DNA of 64,000 nucleotides from Nanobdellota archaeon (GTDB lineage Archaea; Nanobdellota; Nanobdellia; UBA10117; ARS21): NCBI GenBank assembly GCA_014239585.1, contig JAAZYP010000001.1, forward strand, positions 7,752 through 71,751. Direction: 5' to 3'. Below, in pieces: positions 9,441-19,881 of this stretch. The translations under genes and the position numbers were made by a program. The notes beneath the pieces are model-generated. The model was not told where the DNA came from and did not search any database. It saw only the letters and a list, made by a program, of their open reading frames with translations. Every line of letters starts with the position of its first letter. Position 1 is the stretch's first letter.

Positions 9441-12125
9441 ATGTATTGGCATACCAAAGGAATTGACTCAATTTATTCAGAAATAAATTCTTCAAAAACA
9501 GGACTTACCGACCATGAAGCATCAAAACGATTAGAAAAATATGGTAAAAATAAATTAGTTAAAAAACAAAAATTTACTGCTCTCAAAATTTTTATTAATC
9601 AATTTAAATCATTTTTAGTTGCGTTGCTAACTGTCGCCGTATTTGTGTCATATTATCTCGGAGAAATGGTAGATGCGTATGTTATAGGAATAATTATAAT
9701 TTTAAATGCGATTTTAGGATTTGTTCAAGAGTATAAAGCAGAACGTGCAGTTGAAGCATTAAAAAAATTATCTACTACCAAAGCAAAAGTTTTACGCGAC
9801 GGAAAAGAGGAATTAATAAATTCTGAAGATTTAGTGCCAGGAGATATAATTTTACTTGAAGAGGGAGATAAAGTTCCGGCAGATTCGCGTTTAATCGAAG
9901 TCATTAATTTAGAGATTGATGAATCAACACTTACGGGAGAATCAACTTCAGTATCAAAAGAGAGTGTAGTTCTAAAAAAGGAAAAAATTGTTGTTGCTGA
10001 AATTAGAAACATGATTTTTATGAACACCTCCGTATCTAGAGGCAGAGCAACAGCAATTGTTGTAGAAACAGGAATGTCCACAGAGATAGGTAAAATTGCA
10101 AAAACAATTACTGAACAAAAAACTCCGGAAACACCATTACAGAAAAAATTAGAAGTTGTTGCCAAAAACTTAGGAATTGCCGCAATCATAATTTCAATAT
10201 TAGTTTTTGTTATAGGATTATTGAAAGGTGAGCTAATTATTCAAATGTTCACAACCGCAGTATCTTTGGCAGTCGCAGCAGTACCTGAAGGACTTCCTGC
10301 CGTTGTAACAATAACTCTCGCACTCGGATTGAGTAAAATGGCAAAAGTCAATGCAATCATACGAAGATTACCCGTGGTAGAAACATTAGGAAGTGCAACA
10401 GTTATTTGTTCAGATAAAACTGGCACTCTAACTAAAAATGAAATGACAGTTACTGAAGTTTATACAAATCATAATTTAATCAAATTAACTGGAACCGGAT
10501 ATGAACCTCGCGGAGAGTTTAATTTAGATGATAAAAAAATAGATCCAACAAAATCCAAAAATTTAGAGTTACTTTTGAGAAGCGGTGCATTATGTACAAC
10601 TGCTAAATTGAATCATGGTAAAAATGGATGGAGTATTATTGGCGATCCGACCGAAGGAGCATTACTTGTCTCATCCAGAAAATCTGGAAGAAGTAAAGAC
10701 GAGTTAATGAGCGAATATAAGTTCAAAAATGAGCTTCCATTTGATTCAAATCGGAAAATGATGAGCGTAATTTATGAATCTAAAGGAAAACAGATTGCGT
10801 ATATTAAAGGTGCACCAGAAATTTTCTTAGAAAATTGTTCACATATATATTTGAATGGAACAATTAAAAAATTAACAAAAGTAGATAAAGAAAAAATAAA
10901 AACACAAATTGATGAAATGGCCAAAAATGCATTAAGAGTTTTGGCAATGGGATATAAATATGTTAATCCTAAAAAGAAAGTAAATTCTCATAATATTGAA
11001 CAAGAAATAGTATTTGTAGGATTACAAGGAATGATTGATCCGCCAAGATCTGAAGTAAAACCAGCATTAGTGACGTGCGCGCGAGCAGGAATAACAACTA
11101 TGATGATTACGGGAGATCATGCGGAAACCGCACGTGCAATTGCAATAGAATTAGGTATAATTGATAATAAAGCACCATTTGTAACTGGTGAAGAATTAGA
11201 GAAAATGTCGCATGAAGATTTAATGAAAAAATTAGAAAATGTTAGAGTTTTTGCAAGAGTTTCACCAGAACATAAATTAAAAATTGTAAATGCACTAAAA
11301 TCTAGAGGAGAAGTTGTTGCAATGACGGGTGATGGAGTAAATGATGCACCTGCACTAAAGGCTGCAGATATCGGTGTGGCAATGGGTATCAAAGGAACAG
11401 ATGTCGCAAAAGATTCAGCAGATATGATATTACTCGACGATAATTTTGCATCAATTGTTAAAGCCGTAGAAGAAGGACGAAGTGTATTTGATAATATTCG
11501 AAATTTTATCAGATATTTAATTTCAAGTAATGTTGGAGAAGTACTCGCAATATTTGTTGCAATGTTGATCGGATTACCTTTACCCTTAATTGCAGTTCAA
11601 ATTCTTTGGATGAATCTATTAACTGACGGTTTACCTGCCTTAGCACTAGGAATGGATCCACCCGAGCCAGATATAATGGAACGTAAACCCAGACGATTGA
11701 AAGAAGGCGCAATATCAAAAGATACATGGATATTTTCAATAGTTGTGGGATTAATAATGATGATCGGTACAATTGCATTGTTTTATTGGAATTTAGACTC
11801 AGGAATAGAACATGCTCGATCTATCGCATTTTCCACAATTGTTATGTTTCAAATGTTCAACATATTTAATTCCAGAACTGATAAATCAGTATTAAAAAAT
11901 CTGAAAATGTTATTCAATAATAAATCTTTAATTTTGGCAATAATTGTATCAGTAGGATTGCAAATTGCAGTAGTTACACACCCATTTTTTCAAAAATATT
12001 TTGAGACTGTTGCTTTATCCGGATACGAATGGTTTTTAGTAGTAGCAATGGGATCTACAGTAATTATTGCGATAGAGATAATCAAAAACAACTTCAAAAC
12101 TATTTTAAACCTTAGTCAAAACTAA
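9441..12125 (+). CDS. Cation-transporting P-type ATPase (type II, Ca2+-ATPase-like)
   Basis: Motifs [20 protein letters not shown] and [12 protein letters not shown], with about 10 TM segments. The track ORF starts at TTG 9426. The first ATG is at 9441. Confidence 0.9.
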   Translation: MYWHTKGIDSIYSEINSSKTGLTDHEASKRLEKYGKNKLVKKQKFTALKIFINQFKSFLVALLTVAVFVSYYLGEMVDAYVIGIIIILNAILGFVQEYKAERAVEALKKLSTTKAKVLRDGKEELINSEDLVPGDIILLEEGDKVPADSRLIEVINLEIDESTLTGESTSVSKESVVLKKEKIVVAEIRNMIFMNTSVSRGRATAIVVETGMSTEIGKIAKTITEQKTPETPLQKKLEVVAKNLGIAAIIISILVFVIGLLKGELIIQMFTTAVSLAVAAVPEGLPAVVTITLALGLSKMAKVNAIIRRLPVVETLGSATVICSDKTGTLTKNEMTVTEVYTNHNLIKLTGTGYEPRGEFNLDDKKIDPTKSKNLELLLRSGALCTTAKLNHGKNGWSIIGDPTEGALLVSSRKSGRSKDELMSEYKFKNELPFDSNRKMMSVIYESKGKQIAYIKGAPEIFLENCSHIYLNGTIKKLTKVDKEKIKTQIDEMAKNALRVLAMGYKYVNPKKKVNSHNIEQEIVFVGLQGMIDPPRSEVKPALVTCARAGITTMMITGDHAETARAIAIELGIIDNKAPFVTGEELEKMSHEDLMKKLENVRVFARVSPEHKLKIVNALKSRGEVVAMTGDGVNDAPALKAADIGVAMGIKGTDVAKDSADMILLDDNFASIVKAVEEGRSVFDNIRNFIRYLISSNVGEVLAIFVAMLIGLPLPLIAVQILWMNLLTDGLPALALGMDPPEPDIMERKPRRLKEGAISKDTWIFSIVVGLIMMIGTIALFYWNLDSGIEHARSIAFSTIVMFQMFNIFNSRTDKSVLKNLKMLFNNKSLILAIIVSVGLQIAVVTHPFFQKYFETVALSGYEWFLVVAMGSTVIIAIEIIKNNFKTILNLSQN

Positions 12126-12130
12126 AAGCC

Positions 12131-12781
12131 ATGACAAAAATCAAAAAAGGAGATTTAATCGAATTAGATTTTATTGGAACCTTTAAAGATACAAATGAAA
12201 TTTTTGATTTAACAATTGAGAGTGAAGCAAAGAAAAATAAAATTTTTGATCCAAATTTTAAATATAAACCGATGAAAGTATTTGTCGGTTCAGGACAACT
12301 ATTGAAAGGAATTGAAAAAAAATTAGTTGGCGCTGAAATTGGAAAAAAAATGGAATTTGATTTAGAGCCTAAAGAAGCATTTGGAGTTAGAAGTTCAAAA
12401 TTAATTCAATTAATTTCACTAAGTAAATTAAGATCAAAGAAAGTCAATCCGATCGTGGGAATGAGATTGGATATCGATGGACAACAAGCTACCGTTCGTT
12501 CAGTAAACGGTGGAAGAGTATTGTTAGATTTCAATCATCCGTTTGCGGGAAAAAATGTTCATTATATGCTTAAACCCCTGAAAATTAATGCAGATATTAA
12601 AGATAAAGTTGAATTTTCTACAGAATTACTCGGATTTCAAGCAAATGGATTGAAAGTAGAAGGTAAGAAGGTAACTTTCAAATTACCTAATAAAGAAAAA
12701 TTAGGAAAACCTTTTTTGGATTTAATTGTAACTCAAGTTAAAAAACTAGTACCTGAAGTCACTGATGTTACTATTGCGTAG
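12131..12781 (+). CDS. FKBP-type peptidyl-prolyl isomerase, long archaeal form
   Basis: FKBP core with an insert-in-flap and DFNHPFAGKNVHY, followed by an extra C-terminal domain. Confidence 0.8.
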   Translation: MTKIKKGDLIELDFIGTFKDTNEIFDLTIESEAKKNKIFDPNFKYKPMKVFVGSGQLLKGIEKKLVGAEIGKKMEFDLEPKEAFGVRSSKLIQLISLSKLRSKKVNPIVGMRLDIDGQQATVRSVNGGRVLLDFNHPFAGKNVHYMLKPLKINADIKDKVEFSTELLGFQANGLKVEGKKVTFKLPNKEKLGKPFLDLIVTQVKKLVPEVTDVTIA

Positions 12782-12832
12782 TATCGCTTAAACAGTAATA
12801 ATGTTTATAAAAACGTGAAGAGACCTAAAATC

Positions 12833-14065
12833 ATGGATCCTTATGATGAATTTTCAGATAATGTCGATTTTAATACTGGTGCAGAAACCACACCAAACGA
12901 TGATTATTCAACAGACAGTACAAACAGTTACGATACATCAGTTACGCAAGCCGCAACTGAATCAAATTCTGAACAGACATTTAATGAATCTTATGATACC
13001 CAATCAGTATCAAAATTAAGCAAAGAAGATGAAGAATTAGAAAATATTTTATCAAATCGGCAAGCAAGGATCAAAGTTATTGGATGCGGAGGGGCAGGAA
13101 ATAATACAATTTCACGAATTTCAGATATTGGCGTAACTGGAGCCGAAATTATTGCAGTTAACACAGATGCTCAAGATTTATTGAATGCAAATGCAGATAA
13201 AAAAATATTATTAGGCAAAGATTTAACTCAAGGTTTAGGTGCAGGATCAGACCCAAGAATTGGAAAAGATGCAGCAAAAGAATCTCAAAAAGAAATCAAA
13301 GATGCAATTTCAGATGCACATTTAGTATTTATTACGGGTGGACTTGGAGGCGGTACCGGAACGGGATGTATGCCAGTTATAGCTGATATTGCTAAAAAGA
13401 AAGGTATTTTGACCGTAGCAGTAGTAACGTTACCTTTTGAAATGGAAGGAGTGCTCAGACATGAGAATGCCATGATCGGATTAGAAGAATTAGAAGGTCT
13501 TGTTGACACATTAATTTTAATTCCGAATGATAAATTGATTGAATTGGCACCAGATTTACCATTACATACTGCGTTTAAAGTTGCGGATGAAATTTTAACA
13601 AACGCCGTAAAAGGAATTGCAGAATTAATTACAAAACCGGGATTAATCAATTTAGATTTTGCAGATATTAAAGCAGTTATGTCTTCGGGCGGAATTGCAA
13701 TGATCGGATTAGGAGAATCCGATACGGAAAATAGAGCAGTAGAATCTGTCGAAAAGGCATTAAATAATCCATTATTGGATGTGGAAGTTACTGGCGCAAC
13801 AGGTGCATTAATCAATGTAATTGGCGGACCCGATATGACGCTAGATGAAGCCAAAAAAGTAGTCGAATCTGTAACTGATAAATTGGATGAAGGTGCAAAA
13901 ATAATCTGGGGTGCTCAATTAAGTCCAGAATTACAAAATTCTATTCGAACAATGTTAGTGATTGTAGGAGTCAAATCGCCACAAATATTTGGGCCTAAAC
14001 GAACTTTTTCAAGAAAAAAACAAGAAGACATGGAAGGCAGTTTCGGAATCAAATTTATTGATTAG
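12833..14065 (+). CDS. ftsZ: Cell division GTPase FtsZ with a low-complexity N-terminal extension of about 78 aa
   Basis: IKVIGCGGAGNN, the tubulin signature GGLGGGTGTG, and NTDAQ. The track ORF starts at GTG 12815. ATG 12833 sits about 25 nt after a TATA-like TTTATAAAA. Confidence 0.9.
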   Translation: MDPYDEFSDNVDFNTGAETTPNDDYSTDSTNSYDTSVTQAATESNSEQTFNESYDTQSVSKLSKEDEELENILSNRQARIKVIGCGGAGNNTISRISDIGVTGAEIIAVNTDAQDLLNANADKKILLGKDLTQGLGAGSDPRIGKDAAKESQKEIKDAISDAHLVFITGGLGGGTGTGCMPVIADIAKKKGILTVAVVTLPFEMEGVLRHENAMIGLEELEGLVDTLILIPNDKLIELAPDLPLHTAFKVADEILTNAVKGIAELITKPGLINLDFADIKAVMSSGGIAMIGLGESDTENRAVESVEKALNNPLLDVEVTGATGALINVIGGPDMTLDEAKKVVESVTDKLDEGAKIIWGAQLSPELQNSIRTMLVIVGVKSPQIFGPKRTFSRKKQEDMEGSFGIKFID

Positions 14066-14105
14066 GCTTCAAAAGGTTTATAAATGAACTAACGCAAAAT
14101 TTATC

Positions 14106-14342
14106 ATGGCTTCGCTAATTGAAATTAATCCTGATGATTTTAGGATACCTGGACCAAAAGAATGGCCCGGAATAATTAAAAAAAAATTGAGAGAATATAA
14201 ACGAGTTCTTTCAATTACGCGAAAACCAAAAATGAATGAGTTTCAAGCAGTTGTTAAAGTAACTGGACTTGGAATGGCAGTCATCGGATTGATCGGATTC
14301 ACGATTTTCGTGACAGTTCAATTAATTAAGAATTTAGCATAA
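14106..14342 (+). CDS. secE: Protein translocase subunit SecE / Sec61-gamma
   Basis: 78 aa with YKRVLSITRKPKMNEF followed by a single C-terminal TM. It sits in the conserved position upstream of spt5. Confidence 0.8.
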   Translation: MASLIEINPDDFRIPGPKEWPGIIKKKLREYKRVLSITRKPKMNEFQAVVKVTGLGMAVIGLIGFTIFVTVQLIKNLA

Positions 14343-14797
14343 TGGCAATATTTACAATACGAACAGGTGTAGGAAGAGAAGAACAAGTAATGGATTCATT
14401 AGCAACAAATGCACAAAAGGCTGAAGGAATTCATGCATTACTTTCACCCCACGGTGTAGTTGGATATATCTTTATTGAAGCAGATTCAGTAACAGAAGTT
14501 CAACAAATTACTTATCGAGTTCCATATGTCCGAGGAGTATTAACAAAGAAAGTTGATTTAGCGTCTTTAGACCATTTAATTGAATTTAATCCGGAAAATA
14601 TAGACATTCAATTAGGAGATATTGTTGAAATTGTTGGCGGACCATTTAAGGGAGAGAGAGGAAAAGTAACTCGATTAAATAAACAAAAATCAGAAGTTAT
14701 CGTTGAATTACTTGAAGCAGCAGTACCAATACCAATCACACTCAATTTAGATTCCATTAAAGTTGTTGGAAAAGAAAATAGAGGAGAATCGAAATAA
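14342..14797 (+). CDS. spt5: Transcription elongation factor Spt5 (NusG)
   Basis: NGN domain plus KOW motif (GDIVEIVGGPFKGERGKV). TAATG coupling on both sides. Confidence 0.9.
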   Translation: MAIFTIRTGVGREEQVMDSLATNAQKAEGIHALLSPHGVVGYIFIEADSVTEVQQITYRVPYVRGVLTKKVDLASLDHLIEFNPENIDIQLGDIVEIVGGPFKGERGKVTRLNKQKSEVIVELLEAAVPIPITLNLDSIKVVGKENRGESK

Positions 14798-15069
14798 TGA
14801 CAAAAACATCAGATTTAATTAGAGCAGAACTGAACCTCGAAAAAGGATCAGGAGCACCTGGAAAAGAATTTGTAGCAGATATGACTTTGCCGCAAGCATT
14901 GAATGTGGCAGATAAGAAAAAACCAGAATTACTTGCACGTTCAAGAAAAGCAGCATTACAAGAAATTGTGGGCGTCTGTGTAACGATGGGAATTAAAGTA
15001 AATGGTCGAAGACCAGAAACTGCGGCAAAATTGATCTCAGAAGGCAAATGGGACAAAGATATTAATTAA
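14797..15069 (+). CDS. rpl11: Ribosomal protein L11, C-terminal (rRNA-binding) domain only
   Basis: The 90 aa align to the L11 C-terminal domain (KGSGAPGKE..., ...GVCVTMGIKV). The N-terminal domain of about 65-70 aa has no coding space upstream, because spt5 ends at 14797. Confidence 0.8.
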   Translation: MTKTSDLIRAELNLEKGSGAPGKEFVADMTLPQALNVADKKKPELLARSRKAALQEIVGVCVTMGIKVNGRRPETAAKLISEGKWDKDIN

Positions 15070-15298
15070 GTTTACCACCTTTTTCTAATTTTTGCAAATC
15101 ATCGCAACCACCAATAAATTTTCCATTTAATAGAATTATTGGAACTGTTTGGTGATTATATTTATTTTTTATTTTTTCTAATTCTTCAGGTTTATTATCC
15201 ATAATATGTTCCTCAAAGTTAATATTATTTTTTCTCAAAATTTCTTCAGCCTTTCTACAAAAAGGACAATAACTCCAAGTCCATATTTCTGCTTTCAT
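15062..15298 (-). CDS. Glutaredoxin
   Basis: 78 aa with CPFC active site, TVP, and a GGCDD motif. Confidence 0.85.
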   Translation of the reverse strand: MKAEIWTWSYCPFCRKAEEILRKNNINFEEHIMDNKPEELEKIKNKYNHQTVPIILLNGKFIGGCDDLQKLEKGGKLN

Positions 15299-17823
15299 CG
15301 TTTCTTAAATTTTTTCAACTCTTTTCGTGTCTTTTTCCATAAAGTGAACAATTGTTCAACTGCTTTCGAAAGATTATTTGTATTAAACTTTAGCTCTCGT
15401 GAGATTTGAGTTTTTGATTGTCCCATTTGAGTTTTCATTTGAATCGTTTCCTTTCTAAATTTATCAATATTTTTTGGCAAATGAATTTTTTGAGTTTTTA
15501 ACATATTTGCTGCAATTTCGATTTGGTTGATGTCAGTAATTCCACGAGTACCAAATGCAGACATGACCGATTTACCAAGTTCTTTTTCTTCTAGGTCTAA
15601 GTTATTTGCAATATCACCTGCAACGTAATTTAATCGAATTAATCCATCCTGTATTTTTTTGGATCCAGTAATTCTTAGTTTCTTTAATTCTGAAGTATTT
15701 GAAAGATGAGTTCCACCACATGCTTGTGCATCAAAACCTTTAATATGCAAAACTCGAATTTCATTTCCCGGAATAAAACCACCTTGGTAGACTGTAAATC
15801 CATATTTTTTTTCTGCACGATCTTTAGATAATATTTCTTTATCAACAGGAATTCTTCGACTAATTATATCATTAGCAACCTTTTCAATTCGCTTTAATTG
15901 CAAAGGAGTAATAGTACTATAATGAGTTATATCTAATCGCCCTTTATCTTGACTTACTTCAGAACCACCTTGCCAGACGTGTTTACCTAAAACTTTTCTT
16001 GTCGCACCACCAATTACATGCGTCCCAGTATGATGTCTCATAGTTCGACTTCGTCGAATATCATTAATTTTTCCAATAACTAGATCTCCCTCTTTAAAAT
16101 TAATATTTTCAACTTCATGAAAAATATGAGGACCTCTATTTTCGACATTTACAACGTTTGAATTGTTCAAAAATCCAGTATCATTTAACTGACCACCTCC
16201 AGTAGCATAAAATAAAGTTTTATCAAGAATTACATATCGATTGTTAATTATTTTCAAAACCCGAGCTTCAAATTCACGCGCTTTTTCATCCATCCAAAAT
16301 AATTTTATTGTTGGGTCAATTCCCGGAAGTTCTTTTTCATCTTCCCTAATTTTGGGTGTATTTTTACGCTCATGTCTTTCTGAAACACGTGTATAGAAAT
16401 CTATTGGAACTTTAATTTTATTACCGATTTTATTACCTTCTTCAGCAAGAATTTCAGGAGAAATACCATGCGAATCATATAATTCAATTAGTTTTTTAGT
16501 ATCAAGTTTACCTTTCAATACACGTTGCATAATTTTAGTCCCGGTTTCTTTAGTATTGTAATATTTTGTCTCTTCAGATTTGATAATATCATTGACGGAT
16601 TTCACAGATTTAATTAATTCAGGATATTGAGGTTTCAGAAAATTAGCATGTAATTCAATTAATTTGTTATAATCCAATTTTAAATTATATTTGTTTGCTA
16701 AATCCATACTTCTTCGAAAAGTACTTCTCAAGTTGTAACCTCCTCCCGAATTAGAAGGAAGTGCACCGTCTGCCAATGCAAATAACATTGTTCGAGAGTG
16801 ATCAGCAATAGCATAAAGTGAAGAAATCGGATAAATCTCATTTTTTAATTTATTTTTTGAGTGCCCAATTTTTCTTGCAACACTTGTCCACATTTTCTCA
16901 ATATCATCAACTTCATCAATATTCAGATTTCCAGATAATGGAACAAATTTATTCCAAACAGACATATTTGGTTTACGGCCAGATTGTTTGTATAAATATT
17001 TAACCGTTTTAGGCATAGTCAATTCGTGGCTTAGTGCATTTCCCGAAGTTAACCACGGATATCGCTCTTGACCAGAACCCATATCTAAAACATTAATATT
17101 CAAATCTTTGTAACCATTAGGCGTAATCTTATATTTCATATACACTTGATTACCTAATTCCATTCCCCGTGAAAAATATTCTAAAGAAGTTCCGAGATTT
17201 CCGCCACCCCCCCATTGGTCTTCATGAAACTGAATTTCATTTAATGGCAGTTTAATGCCCTTATTTAACCAAGAGATTATATCTGATAAATATCTATCCG
17301 TATCATATTTTTCTTTTGGAACAAAGGCATGTTGACCCAAATGAAAATGAGTTGAATAATGTCTCCCCGTAATACCAACATTATCTAAATCATTAAATCT
17401 TAAACTTGGTTGAGACATAACTAACGGGTTAGCAGGAGGTTTTACTTGTCCACTAACTACAAATGGTTGAAAACAATATATTGATGCTTGAGTAAACCAC
17501 GTATCATCTCGCCAACGTGCAACAACAGGATAACGTTTGATAGGAGTATATCCCAATTTTTTGAAATGTTTAGAATATTTATCCCACGTTTGAAGATAAC
17601 CCAGCTTCGATTTTGTGGGAGCTTTGTTTATGAATGAATATCCACCATTACAATCAGGTTCCCCGCAAGTTCTCCGCTTTACTGTACTCCAAAATCGAGT
17701 TGAACAATTAGTACAGATATGTCTATTGAACCCCAAATTAGATAGAACTGAAATTGGATAGTATTGTTCCGGATTTTTATCCGTCTTTTTCTTCAAATCT
17801 CGTTTTAATGAGTTAAGGTTCAT
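15295..17823 (-). CDS. alaS: Alanyl-tRNA synthetase (archaeal type, unsplit)
   Basis: 842 aa with a class II core and editing-domain motifs HHTGTH and CGGTH. Confidence 0.95.
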   Translation of the reverse strand: MNLNSLKRDLKKKTDKNPEQYYPISVLSNLGFNRHICTNCSTRFWSTVKRRTCGEPDCNGGYSFINKAPTKSKLGYLQTWDKYSKHFKKLGYTPIKRYPVVARWRDDTWFTQASIYCFQPFVVSGQVKPPANPLVMSQPSLRFNDLDNVGITGRHYSTHFHLGQHAFVPKEKYDTDRYLSDIISWLNKGIKLPLNEIQFHEDQWGGGGNLGTSLEYFSRGMELGNQVYMKYKITPNGYKDLNINVLDMGSGQERYPWLTSGNALSHELTMPKTVKYLYKQSGRKPNMSVWNKFVPLSGNLNIDEVDDIEKMWTSVARKIGHSKNKLKNEIYPISSLYAIADHSRTMLFALADGALPSNSGGGYNLRSTFRRSMDLANKYNLKLDYNKLIELHANFLKPQYPELIKSVKSVNDIIKSEETKYYNTKETGTKIMQRVLKGKLDTKKLIELYDSHGISPEILAEEGNKIGNKIKVPIDFYTRVSERHERKNTPKIREDEKELPGIDPTIKLFWMDEKAREFEARVLKIINNRYVILDKTLFYATGGGQLNDTGFLNNSNVVNVENRGPHIFHEVENINFKEGDLVIGKINDIRRSRTMRHHTGTHVIGGATRKVLGKHVWQGGSEVSQDKGRLDITHYSTITPLQLKRIEKVANDIISRRIPVDKEILSKDRAEKKYGFTVYQGGFIPGNEIRVLHIKGFDAQACGGTHLSNTSELKKLRITGSKKIQDGLIRLNYVAGDIANNLDLEEKELGKSVMSAFGTRGITDINQIEIAANMLKTQKIHLPKNIDKFRKETIQMKTQMGQSKTQISRELKFNTNNLSKAVEQLFTLWKKTRKELKKFKKR

Positions 17824-17853
17824 TTAAAGATTAATCAAGGAGAATTATTAAAG

Positions 17854-18666
17854 TTATTTCTTCATTAATTTTCGTTGAAGTTTTAAAATATCATCTTTAG
17901 TTAGTTTTTCACCAGCCTTAATCTGTATTTTCTTTTCTTTTCCGGGCGTAAATAGATCTAATGCAGTTTTAGCAGCAGCTCCCGAAAATTTAGACATATC
18001 AGACAATACACCACCAAGTTTAGCATTCATTATGTTGATTTGATCTTTCATACCCCGAAGAATAACTTTAGCGAGATTTCTCTGATTTTTAATATCTGAA
18101 ATTTGATTAGAAATTTCAGTAAGTCTATCGAATATTTTACTGATCTCTTTAGCTTCAGTTTGTATCTTAAAATGAATTTTATCTGAAGCAATTTTTAATT
18201 TTTTAGTATCCCTACGAATTCGATTATAATCTGTTTTCGTAGAAGTATCTGAATCAGATAATTTTGTTTTTATTGAATTAATTTTCTTCATCAATTCTTT
18301 TTCTTTTTTCTGAGAAAGAGTTCCTGTCTCCAAATCAAAATTTAGATTTTCTAGATCTTTCTTCAATCGTTTAACATCAAATTTGGGTTTTCTTGATTCC
18401 CTAATGTATTTTGATCGAAGATCTTTCAATTTTGTCAGGCCTTCTTGAACAGATTTATTTTGTATATTCCGTTCATTTTTCAGAACAGAAATACGCTTTT
18501 GATAGTCACGCTTTTGAGTTTTCAACTCAACAGCTTCTTTAATTAATTTATTAAGTGCACTATCTAATCTAGTTTTCTCGCGATATTTTTGTTCTTTTTT
18601 TGAACCGAGATCACGTAAATTGTTGCTGATATCTCTTGCTTGCTTTTTCAGATTACTTATATCCAT
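17854..18666 (-). CDS. Coiled-coil protein (archaeal COG1340-like), function unknown
   Basis: 270 aa, Lys/Glu-rich, with heptad-like periodicity throughout. Confidence 0.5.
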   Translation of the reverse strand: MDISNLKKQARDISNNLRDLGSKKEQKYREKTRLDSALNKLIKEAVELKTQKRDYQKRISVLKNERNIQNKSVQEGLTKLKDLRSKYIRESRKPKFDVKRLKKDLENLNFDLETGTLSQKKEKELMKKINSIKTKLSDSDTSTKTDYNRIRRDTKKLKIASDKIHFKIQTEAKEISKIFDRLTEISNQISDIKNQRNLAKVILRGMKDQINIMNAKLGGVLSDMSKFSGAAAKTALDLFTPGKEKKIQIKAGEKLTKDDILKLQRKLMKK

Positions 18667-18707
18667 CAGTTATATCCTCTAATTTAGGTAAAGGCAAAGT
18701 GCACTAT

Positions 18708-19022
18708 TTATCCAAATAATGCACCAAGACCTTCAGATACTTCTTCATCTGCTGCTGCCTTAGGTTCTTCCTTTGCAGGTGCTTCTGATGCTGCTTCACC
18801 GCTTGCTTCTGCAGGTGCTGCCGCCGCTGGGGCTGCCGCGCTTGCAATTTGCGTTTCAGAAATTACTTTTTCAACATCGACATCTTTCAGAGCTGCTGCA
18901 GTTGCTTTAACTCTGGAATCATCAACCTTAATTCCTGCTGCGGACAAAGTTGCCTTCAAAGCGTCAGATGTAATATCTTTTCCAGCTTTGTGCAATAACA
19001 TTGCGCCATATATATATTCCAT
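18708..19022 (-). CDS. rpl12: Ribosomal stalk protein P1 (L12e)
   Basis: MEYIYGAMLLH start, Ala-rich hinge, and acidic tail ending GLGALFG. An alternative upstream ATG at 19034 would overlap the P0 stop. Confidence 0.85.
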   Translation of the reverse strand: MEYIYGAMLLHKAGKDITSDALKATLSAAGIKVDDSRVKATAAALKDVDVEKVISETQIASAAAPAAAAPAEASGEAASEAPAKEEPKAAADEEVSEGLGALFG

Positions 19023-19023
19023 T

Positions 19024-19881
19024 TTATTTTCCAAGTTCCCCCTTTAATTTAGTGGCTTCAGCTTCCGCCTTAACCAATAAAAGATCCTTTACTTTATCAG
19101 TAAGAATACTTTGAGAGTATGCTAATTTCATTGCATCAGTTTCAGCTTTTTGTAGCAATAGTTTTGCAGTTACTTCGTTTACTATTCCAACACTATATGC
19201 TAATTTGACTGCATCTGAATATGAGTTTTCAATATCTGTTGCAAATTCTTCAGGACTTACATCAAGTAATTTTCGTAAAAATAAAGTATCGTTTTCTAGA
19301 GATACCATAAGATTTAATCCCATTTTCATAGGCCGAATATTCAATCTTGAAAGAATTGCAGCTAATTTTTCATCAATTGAGTCCCCTTCTTTTACAACAA
19401 GAGAATCTTCTTTAATTTCAATTTTACCTGCATTGATTCCGGCTTTAATTCCAACGTCACCCAATTCTCCTAAAATCGGACCCGGTGCAAAACTAGTTGG
19501 TCCTGCAGGAACAATAATATCAAATGGTGCTTTTTGTCCAGCCTTTGCAGGAGATTTAGACATGTTTTCTTTGATTAATTGCCATAACGCAAATGAATCT
19601 AGCTCAGATAATAATAATGCAGGCATACCATCTTCAACATATTCTATTAATTTACTTGCACTTTTATTGCTCGTGTTATTTAATGCCAATTTTAAAAGGG
19701 TTTTTCGAGTCATTCTGAGAGTTACTTGATCACCGATATTCTCTCTGATTTTCTGAAGTTCGCGAGAAGGCAAATCTTCCATATTCAATACTGCAATAGT
19801 TTTTGAAGATGAAATTTCTTTAGCCAAGGTATCAACCATATCCTTTTTCCAAGTTGCAACCTTCGAAACATATTCAGCCAT
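19024..19881 (-). CDS. rpl10: Ribosomal stalk protein P0 (L10)
   Basis: 285 aa with an L10 N-terminal domain, in the conserved position between L1 and P1. Confidence 0.9.
   Translation of the reverse strand: MAEYVSKVATWKKDMVDTLAKEISSSKTIAVLNMEDLPSRELQKIRENIGDQVTLRMTRKTLLKLALNNTSNKSASKLIEYVEDGMPALLLSELDSFALWQLIKENMSKSPAKAGQKAPFDIIVPAGPTSFAPGPILGELGDVGIKAGINAGKIEIKEDSLVVKEGDSIDEKLAAILSRLNIRPMKMGLNLMVSLENDTLFLRKLLDVSPEEFATDIENSYSDAVKLAYSVGIVNEVTAKLLLQKAETDAMKLAYSQSILTDKVKDLLLVKAEAEATKLKGELGK

Noticed and set aside
9725-11778. Several minus-strand ORFs (154, 61, 91 and 89 aa) inside the P-type ATPase gene.
   Set aside because: They are antisense frames of a well-supported long CDS. Their low-complexity Ser/Thr/Ala/Ile-rich translations are typical of shadow ORFs.
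13285-13854. 189-aa ORF antisense to ftsZ.
   Set aside because: It is a shadow ORF of a highly conserved gene, with no motifs.
19205-19729. 174-aa ORF antisense to the P0 gene. Similar antisense ORFs occur in L1, Kae1, SRP54, FtsY, L31e, LeuRS and the surface genes.
   Set aside because: These are shadow ORFs opposite strongly supported CDSs.
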